A DNA stretch of 64,000 nt from Pirellulales bacterium (GTDB lineage Bacteria > Planctomycetota > Planctomycetia > Pirellulales > UBA7805): NCBI GenBank assembly GCA_046582885.1, contig JAYGDO010000642.1, positions 245 through 64,244 of the forward strand, given 5' to 3'. The notes below the pieces were generated by a model that did no database searches, was not told where the DNA came from, and worked only from the letters and a program-made list of their open reading frames with translations. This document shows, one piece after another, positions 57,901 through 64,000 of the stretch. The position numbers and the translations under genes were made by a program. Position 1 is the stretch's first letter, and the number at the start of each line of letters is the position of its first letter.

Positions 57901-58218
57901 GTGCCGATGAACCAGACCACGCGCGGTGCCGGCTGGGTGGCGGGCGAACCGCTGGGCGAGGCCAAAGGGGTAGAACTGAGCGACGGCTCCGTCCTCTCCA
58001 ATGGCCGAACGGCGAAGAAGATCCGCGCGTTGACCATCATCGGCGAGGGCGGCCCGAAATCCATCTCGTGGTTCCCGGGTCGTTTGGCCGCATCGGAAAG
58101 CCGGAAAGGTGATGAAAAGACGGCCGGAAATGGTCTCACAGCAACGTGGCTGGAGCCGGATGGCGGACCGTTTTCTGAGAGTCGCAATGTGGGACAGCCC
58201 AAAAACGCCACTCTGTGA
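57901..58218 (+). CDS. Hypothetical protein (possibly the body of a frameshifted secreted-protein gene)
   Basis: ORF track with strong third-position G/C bias. An upstream ORF in another frame (ATG 57791) encodes only a signal peptide and stops at 57908-57910. Confidence 0.35.
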   Translation: MPMNQTTRGAGWVAGEPLGEAKGVELSDGSVLSNGRTAKKIRALTIIGEGGPKSISWFPGRLAASESRKGDEKTAGNGLTATWLEPDGGPFSESRNVGQPKNATL

Positions 58219-58442
58219 GTCGCCTATTATTTAGGCAGCCAACGTTATGCCAGTTAATTTTGCAGCCCTGCTGAAAAAGCTGGCAGCAGTGCTATCGTTG
58301 CTGTAAGTGCAGTCAAAGTAATGACATCCGTGCTGGACTTGACTTCACTCCGAGTATTTCAGAAAGTACTTGGCCAACTGAGGCCGTAAAGAAGGAATTT
58401 TTCGGTCCGCGAAATCCACTCAAGGAATTGGAGAGTTTAATC

Positions 58443-58883
58443 ATGCTCGAGACCCAACAATCCCCCGCTGCTTCCCCGTTCACAACCCAGCCGCTCACGA
58501 ACGATTTAGAGAAGCGGCAGGAAGTGCTTCGTCAGGTAAGGAGGCTGTACGACCAGGAATCGGACTGGGTCAGCTTCTTCCGTGAAGTACTTGGCATCAG
58601 TGGCGTTATCCGCCGGTATTACCCCGACGCGCAAGCACTGGCAGAATTTGAAAAGACCGAGGAGTACCTGGACATACAAGTTCTGCTGGCAAAGCTTCGG
58701 GAAAACGGCCGGACGCAAGTCACCGATCAGGAACCGACGCGGGTCATTACGGTCCGTATGCCGAAAAGCTTGCACGAGTCACTTCGCGTTGAAGCTCACG
58801 AGCGGCACACCAGCATGAACAAGCTGTGCATCTCAAAACTTTTGCAGATGATCGACGAAGGACTCGTGCCGAACGAAGTTTAA
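58443..58883 (+). CDS. Ribbon-helix-helix (Arc/MetJ/HicB-like) DNA-binding domain protein with an unknown N-terminal domain
   Basis: ATG 58443 preceded by GGAGAG. C-terminal RVITVRMPKSLHESLRVEAHERHTSMNKLCISKLLQ fits the RHH beta-strand / helix / helix pattern. Confidence 0.6.
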   Translation: MLETQQSPAASPFTTQPLTNDLEKRQEVLRQVRRLYDQESDWVSFFREVLGISGVIRRYYPDAQALAEFEKTEEYLDIQVLLAKLRENGRTQVTDQEPTRVITVRMPKSLHESLRVEAHERHTSMNKLCISKLLQMIDEGLVPNEV

Positions 58884-58931
58884 TCATTGCCGTCCGTCTC
58901 GCCTTCTGGAACACGGTAAAGCTACTGTGAA

Positions 58932-58968
58932 GCAGGCCGGCCCACCAAGTGGGCCGGCCTGCTCGTTT
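58932..58968. terminator. Perfect 13-bp GC-rich hairpin between convergent genes (probable bidirectional terminator)
   Basis: GCAGGCCGGCCCA-ccaag-TGGGCCGGCCTGC followed by TCGTTT. It lies between the + gene end at 58883 and the - gene end at 59102. Confidence 0.65.
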
Positions 58969-59101
58969 GCGCCAGGAAGGGTAAATCGAGTTGTGGCGGG
59001 CGATTGCGAAGTGCGCGAAACTTTTTCGGGTGCGCGATCTTCCGCCGGCATGAGCTCAAATGCGAGCGAAAACGACCGTCGTTGGAGTCCGAACAAACCA
59101 A

Positions 59102-60607
59102 TTAGGGTCGGGCTTTTCGTCGTCGGTCCGTTTTCGTGTTTGCGGGCGAGGTTTTTCCCCGCTTCCGGTAGTACTTCTCAATCACCTTTTGCTGGTCAGC
59201 CTCGACCGACTTGGCCCAAGTTGTAAACCCGTTTGCCATACGCATGACAATTTCAGGATGCTTATTCGCAAGATTATTTTCCTCGTAGGGATCGACCAAG
59301 AGATCATAAAGCTCCCATTGCTGGGAAGGTTTTTTCTTGGCCAGGGTGCGAACGATCTTGTAGCGCGTCTCCGTCCAGGCCTGCATGCCGCGGCAGTGAA
59401 AACCGATGGCACCGTTGCGTGCATCCATCCGGCCTTCAATCAAGGGTATTAAACTGATGCCGTCATAGGCGCGGTCCGTTGGCAACCGGATACCCGCTGC
59501 TTCGAGTGCGGTGGGAAAGTAATCACTCGTTACCACAGGAATATCGGTGGCAAAAGGTTTCTTAACCTTCACGGGCCACTCGAGGATGCCCGGCATCCGC
59601 AGGCCACCCTCGTAGCAGTCGCGCTTCCAGCCACGGTAAGCGCCGCTGGAGCCAATGGGCGTATAGTTAAATTTCCCGTTCTGCGCCTCGCCGTACATGA
59701 CATTATTTTTGCCTTTCAGATTCGGGCCGTTGTCACTGGTGAACCACACCATTGTGTTTTCCGCTAAGCCGAGTTTCCGCAATTCCTTCCGCAGTACTCC
59801 CACCTGCGTGTCCACGGCAGTGATGTTGCTGTAGTAAATCTGTTCCTGCGGTTTGCAATCGGCATATTGCTTCATCAGTTCGGGACTTTTGCCGAGCGGC
59901 GTGTGCACGTTGTGAAACCAGACCACCGCCAAAAAAGGTATCTCAGCGGCGGCCTGTTTTCTGATGAAATCGATCGATTTATTCATCACGATGGCAGCAT
60001 CGTCTCCGCGGAGCGTCGGATCTTTTCGACCCTCCTCAAGCGGAATATTGCGGCCGTTATGCCAGTACGAGCCCTTGATTCCGTGCTTGCCCAGCCTGGC
60101 GTAGGGATCGTGGGTGAGAAGGACATTGAACGTGGAAAAGCATTCGTCAAAACCGGCCTTCCACGGCGGCATGACTTGGGCATATGGCCCAGACATCTCG
60201 CGATCAAACCCACCCAGGTGCCACTTGCCAAAATGACCGGTCGCATAACCCTTTCCCTTCAAGGCCTCGGGCAACGTGATTTCCTCCTGCGGCAAATGCC
60301 CTTCATCGGCCCGCATGGGGGTGTTAATGTTCACCCGCCAATTACAGCGTCCGGTTAGGCAGGAGGCGCGTGTCGGGCTACAGACGGAAGCCCCGGCATA
60401 GAAGCGATCGAAGCGGATGCCCGCCTTTGCCATGGCATCGAGATTGGGCGTCTTGATCTTGGGATGCCCGTTGTAGGCGACGTCGCCCCAGCCTTGATCG
60501 TCCGTCATCAGGAAGACCATGTTCGGCAGAGAACCGCCGGCAGCCGCCTTGAGCCCCAATACAGCACAGGCGATTGAAATAACTCTTGTAATCAGCAGCG
60601 GTTTCAT
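59102..60607 (-). CDS. Secreted sulfatase (Cys-type, formylglycine-dependent)
   Basis: Signal peptide. LMTDDQGWGD and the FGly motif CSPTRASCLTGR. Confidence 0.9.
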   Translation of the reverse strand: MKPLLITRVISIACAVLGLKAAAGGSLPNMVFLMTDDQGWGDVAYNGHPKIKTPNLDAMAKAGIRFDRFYAGASVCSPTRASCLTGRCNWRVNINTPMRADEGHLPQEEITLPEALKGKGYATGHFGKWHLGGFDREMSGPYAQVMPPWKAGFDECFSTFNVLLTHDPYARLGKHGIKGSYWHNGRNIPLEEGRKDPTLRGDDAAIVMNKSIDFIRKQAAAEIPFLAVVWFHNVHTPLGKSPELMKQYADCKPQEQIYYSNITAVDTQVGVLRKELRKLGLAENTMVWFTSDNGPNLKGKNNVMYGEAQNGKFNYTPIGSSGAYRGWKRDCYEGGLRMPGILEWPVKVKKPFATDIPVVTSDYFPTALEAAGIRLPTDRAYDGISLIPLIEGRMDARNGAIGFHCRGMQAWTETRYKIVRTLAKKKPSQQWELYDLLVDPYEENNLANKHPEIVMRMANGFTTWAKSVEADQQKVIEKYYRKRGKTSPANTKTDRRRKARP

Positions 60608-60616
60608 TGGGATCGC

Positions 60617-62140
60617 TCAATCCGTTTCGTCGTAGAACGAATACTGCGGGTGGTTATATAACTGCTTTCTTGCCAGCACGCTCTTGTCGGGGTTATTTGC
60701 CAGCCATCGCCTGCCCAGTTTTGACTTCCAGAAAGGATGTCCCTCCTCGAGGTGTGTGGGCAGGCTTTGGATGATCTTCTCGAATTTCGCCCGTTGGGCT
60801 GCGTGTTGGGGAGATTTATCAACCCGCTGATAACCGCGGCCGAAGCGGTTGTCACCGGTGAAATAAAAACGACCTTTGGGCTTGCCATAGAGGGGTGAGC
60901 GAGCCTCAAGCAGGTAATCCTTGGTTCGCAGCACTTGTACCGGGCCCGTGTAAGCATAAATCCACCGGCGGTGAGCATTCGTCTTGCCGGCCAGGAACTC
61001 GAACTGACTTTTGCCGTCAAACAAAATGTCCGTGGGATGTTTAACATCTGCAATGTCCAGCAGCGTGGGAGCGATGTCGGAAAAATCAGTCAACTCTTCG
61101 GTCATTCCACGCCGTTTAACGCCGGGCCCTTTCACGACGTAAGGCACATGCACTCCGCGCTCGACCCCGCGATCCTTGGCCGTCACTGCCGTGCCGTTAT
61201 CGGCACAGAAGATGAAGTAGGTGTTCTCATAAATCCCCAACTCCTCTGCCTTCGCGATTAGTTTGCCAATCAGCTTGTCCATGTACTGAATCAAATTCAC
61301 AAAACGTTGCTGTTGCCGGCGATGGTATTTGGCGAGCGCCTGGGTCTTTTGTACTCTGTTCATGCCGCTCGTATCGGGCTTCTTTAATTCGATGTCCATC
61401 ACTGCGCCGGCATCCGGCGTGGTGGAATAGGGCCCGTGCGGAATCACGGTCGGCCAGTAGGCCACAAACGGCTGTTTGGCCTCGGCCTTTCGCTGCATAA
61501 AATCCATCAGGAACTCACAACGAATATCCGGCCCGAAACTTTTTTCGGTAACTTCGACATACTTGCCGTTTTGAAGCGTGGAAGGATACCAGTAGCGGGT
61601 ATCGGGCAGCTTGATGTCCTTACGCTGACCATTGGCAATCACGTCGATGCCGAAGTAGCTCTTCATCTTGTCCGCACCTTCCCAAAGGCAAAATTCATCG
61701 AAGCCGATGTGCTTTTCCCAGGGCTCCTTGGCACCACAATGCCATTTACCCGCGACGGCCGTCTGGTAACCGCCTTGCTGCATGAGCTTCGCCCAACTGT
61801 GCTGGGCGGTGAACAGCTTGCCGCGGGAGTCAAAGGCCCACATGTCGTTGCGGAACACCCCGCTGCGATTCGCGTACACACCCGTCATGAAGACCGCCCG
61901 CGAAGGCGCGCAGATGGCCGGAGCAAAACAGGTGTGAAACTGAACACCCTCCTTGGCGATCCGGTCGATGTTAGGGGTCTTGGCGGTGCCTCTTTGCCCG
62001 TAGCAGGAGAACATATCCGCACTGACGTCATCGGCCAGGATCAGGACGATATTCGGTTTCTTAGTCGGGGCAGCACTTGCAGGCAGACCAGCCACTAAAA
62101 AAGCCAGAAGTAGCGGAATCTTTTTCCCGAAAAATATCAT
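60617..62140 (-). CDS. Secreted sulfatase (Cys-type)
   Basis: Signal peptide. ILADDVSADM and the FGly motif CAPSRAVFMTG. Confidence 0.9.
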   Translation of the reverse strand: MIFFGKKIPLLLAFLVAGLPASAAPTKKPNIVLILADDVSADMFSCYGQRGTAKTPNIDRIAKEGVQFHTCFAPAICAPSRAVFMTGVYANRSGVFRNDMWAFDSRGKLFTAQHSWAKLMQQGGYQTAVAGKWHCGAKEPWEKHIGFDEFCLWEGADKMKSYFGIDVIANGQRKDIKLPDTRYWYPSTLQNGKYVEVTEKSFGPDIRCEFLMDFMQRKAEAKQPFVAYWPTVIPHGPYSTTPDAGAVMDIELKKPDTSGMNRVQKTQALAKYHRRQQQRFVNLIQYMDKLIGKLIAKAEELGIYENTYFIFCADNGTAVTAKDRGVERGVHVPYVVKGPGVKRRGMTEELTDFSDIAPTLLDIADVKHPTDILFDGKSQFEFLAGKTNAHRRWIYAYTGPVQVLRTKDYLLEARSPLYGKPKGRFYFTGDNRFGRGYQRVDKSPQHAAQRAKFEKIIQSLPTHLEEGHPFWKSKLGRRWLANNPDKSVLARKQLYNHPQYSFYDETD

Positions 62141-63552
62141 TGGTTTACTTCCTGCTTTGCTGAAGAGTCTTTGCCCTTTTTGTTCCTCTTGTTTCGTTTC
62201 TTTGTTTCAGATTTTCCGAAGGGAAGTTCAAATTCATTTTTCTGCGCCGGGCCGGGCGTGCTGCGACCCCGATTAAAATAACTTTGCATCAACTTCTCCA
62301 ATCGACCCGCCACCTCCTTATTCACTGAGGCGACATCCTTAGTTTCACGAATGTCATCCTTCAGGTTATAGAGTTCGCGCGTTCCATTGCGAAAGGCGAT
62401 GTATTTCCAGGGCCCCTGACGAATCGCCAAGCCCGCCGGCGCCTGATTGATGGTTGCCTCGCGGAGGGGGCCGGCCGCTTTGCCCAGCAAGGCGGGTAGA
62501 ATACTGACGCTGTCCTCAGCCGCGTTGCCCGGCAAATCCGCCCCGAGGATATCGGCGCAGGTGGCGAAAAGGTCGTTGAGGCAAATGACCTCGTGGTTTA
62601 GGGAGCCGGCTTTAATATTACCGAGCCACCGGGCCACAAAAGGCTCGCGGTGGCCGCCTTCGTAAATACTGCTTTTGGCCTCCCTCAAGGGAGGATAAGG
62701 CCGCTTGGCCGCCCCGTTGTCACCGGTGGCAATGAGTAACGTATTCTTTTCCTGCCCGGTCCTTTCCAGCGCATCCATGATCTGGCCCAGCATATGATCT
62801 CCCTGATAGACCCAGTCGCCATACTTCCCTTCCTTGCCGTCGATCCCGCTTTTACCTTCAAACTCCTCGGCTGGAACAATCGGGCTATGAGGCGGGCACA
62901 TCGGGAAATAGAGAAATAACGGCTTCTTTTCGGTGGACCGCTGTTCAATATAAGTAACAGCCTTCCGGATCATGAGTGGCTGGTTCTCGATGCCCTTCAC
63001 GTTAGCCACCACCCTGTCCTGCTCAATGACTGAGCCAATGTTGCGGGCGTGGGTAAAGCCGTAGAAATAATCAAAGCCAAGTGCATTCGGCCCATCCGTG
63101 AGCCGAGCTCCAATGGGTAGCTGGTTTTCGGCACCCGGTTTTCCATCCACCCAATTCATGCCCAGATGCCACTTACCGATGCAGGCGGTGTGGTAGCCTT
63201 TGCCCTTGAGGAAGGAGGCCACCGTGAGACGGGTCTTGGGAATAATGGGAGCAGAGTAGGTTTTTAAAACGCCATACTGGCCGATTCGGCAGGGATAACG
63301 GCCGGTCAATACCCCGTAGCGGGTGGGCGTGCAGTTGGCGGCCGCCGAGTGCGCATCGGTAAAACGCATCCCTTGCCGGGCCAAACGGTCTATATTAGGG
63401 GTCTTAAAGGGAGAATCAGCGCGGTAAGACGGCGACTGCCCATAGCCCATGTCATCAAAGAGCACGAAGACGACGTTGGGCGGCTGCTGTGCCTCGGCAT
63501 AAACTGCAAGAGGAAGCAGTAAAGCAAATAGGGTCAGAGGAGATTTATTCAT
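62137..63552 (-). CDS. Secreted sulfatase (Cys-type)
   Basis: Signal peptide. VLFDDMGYGQ and the FGly motif CTPTRYGVLTGR. Its stop overlaps the downstream sulfatase start (4 nt). Confidence 0.9.
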   Translation of the reverse strand: MNKSPLTLFALLLPLAVYAEAQQPPNVVFVLFDDMGYGQSPSYRADSPFKTPNIDRLARQGMRFTDAHSAAANCTPTRYGVLTGRYPCRIGQYGVLKTYSAPIIPKTRLTVASFLKGKGYHTACIGKWHLGMNWVDGKPGAENQLPIGARLTDGPNALGFDYFYGFTHARNIGSVIEQDRVVANVKGIENQPLMIRKAVTYIEQRSTEKKPLFLYFPMCPPHSPIVPAEEFEGKSGIDGKEGKYGDWVYQGDHMLGQIMDALERTGQEKNTLLIATGDNGAAKRPYPPLREAKSSIYEGGHREPFVARWLGNIKAGSLNHEVICLNDLFATCADILGADLPGNAAEDSVSILPALLGKAAGPLREATINQAPAGLAIRQGPWKYIAFRNGTRELYNLKDDIRETKDVASVNKEVAGRLEKLMQSYFNRGRSTPGPAQKNEFELPFGKSETKKRNKRNKKGKDSSAKQEVNQ

Positions 63553-63628
63553 CGGGAAGAGGAAGTATAACCATCTCCTCAGACTTCCACCAGAAATTCA
63601 ATAACACAATTCAGGGAAGTTCAGAGAA

Positions 63629-63997
63629 TTAATCATGGATACAACTGTGTAACCTGTGTCGAGATATGTGAGATCTCCCGGGAGACTTGGGTCTCACCAT
63701 GATTGATGAATTATCTGAGATGATCGGGTGGGTGTGACTACCCCCCAGCTTTTGTACCAGGTTGGGTTTTAGATCAGCTTTGGCTGGGGTCTTATTTGCT
63801 TCTTGAGCAGCAGGAGTTGAAGGTACCGCCACAATTAACGCTTGCAAAAACTTTGGAGTGGAAATAAAAGATATTGGAGATGATATAACAGTAACCAGTG
63901 CAAGTGTATTAAAACTACATAGCAATACTATAGACGCTGCTAATTCTGGAACAACCATTAGGATTGCAACTGCCATTTCAGCCTTGGCAAATGACAA
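63629..63997 (-). CDS. Hypothetical ORF in an AT-richer terminal segment (may continue beyond the right edge)
   Basis: ORF track only. Hydrophobic N-terminal part and no motif recognised. Its composition differs from the rest of the window. Confidence 0.25.
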   Translation of the reverse strand: MSFAKAEMAVAILMVVPELAASIVLLCSFNTLALVTVISSPISFISTPKFLQALIVAVPSTPAAQEANKTPAKADLKPNLVQKLGGSHTHPIISDNSSIMVRPKSPGRSHISRHRLHSCIHD

Positions 63998-64000
63998 AAT

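Noticed and set aside
1-64000. Search for mobile elements, prophage genes, toxin-antitoxin pairs and known defence systems
   Set aside because: I recognised no transposase, integrase, recombinase, terminal inverted repeats, phage structural genes or signature defence proteins. The only loosely defence-like parts (SMC-like ATPase with nuclease, SLOG protein, RHH protein) are reported as leads, not as systems.

Overview
Moderately high-G+C chromosomal window. I call about 56 protein-coding genes and one small ncRNA, an SRP/4.5S RNA that no ORF explains. I found no rRNA, tRNA, CRISPR array, transposase or integrase. The gene content looks like a Planctomycetota (Pirellulales-like) core genome, which is an inference from several features: three tandem Cys-type sulfatases, a large secreted protein with the N-terminal LEDRRLLA motif, ThuA, PQQ-propeller and GH18-like secreted proteins, a stand-alone RpoA alpha-CTD protein, CitG-like and PTPS-like genes, and Ser/Thr kinase and sigma-54 genes. 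Recognisable housekeeping blocks are iscS-like; argB-argD-argF-rph; ffs-dnaX-ybaB-recR; rpoN; nrdR, a class-B J-protein, rnpA and yidD; uvrD; and bfr with a bfd-like gene. The observations most worth a second look are listed here. (1) dnaX has an A10 tract at the expected tau/gamma boundary, with stop codons immediately downstream in both alternative frames. (2) A POT-family peptide transporter carries a PKD-like insertion of roughly 220 aa in its last extracytoplasmic loop. (3) A co-directional four-gene cluster at 34.3-38.4 kb encodes two proteins with a similar beta-sandwich-like module, an Nramp-like transporter and an orphan P-loop ATPase. (4) A translationally coupled SbcD/YhaO-like nuclease and membrane-anchored SMC-like ATPase pair lies next to a SLOG/YpsA-like gene. 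(5) There is a stand-alone alpha-CTD protein. I do not see a clear-cut known defence or mobile system. All family assignments come from motif recognition by eye and need profile searches.
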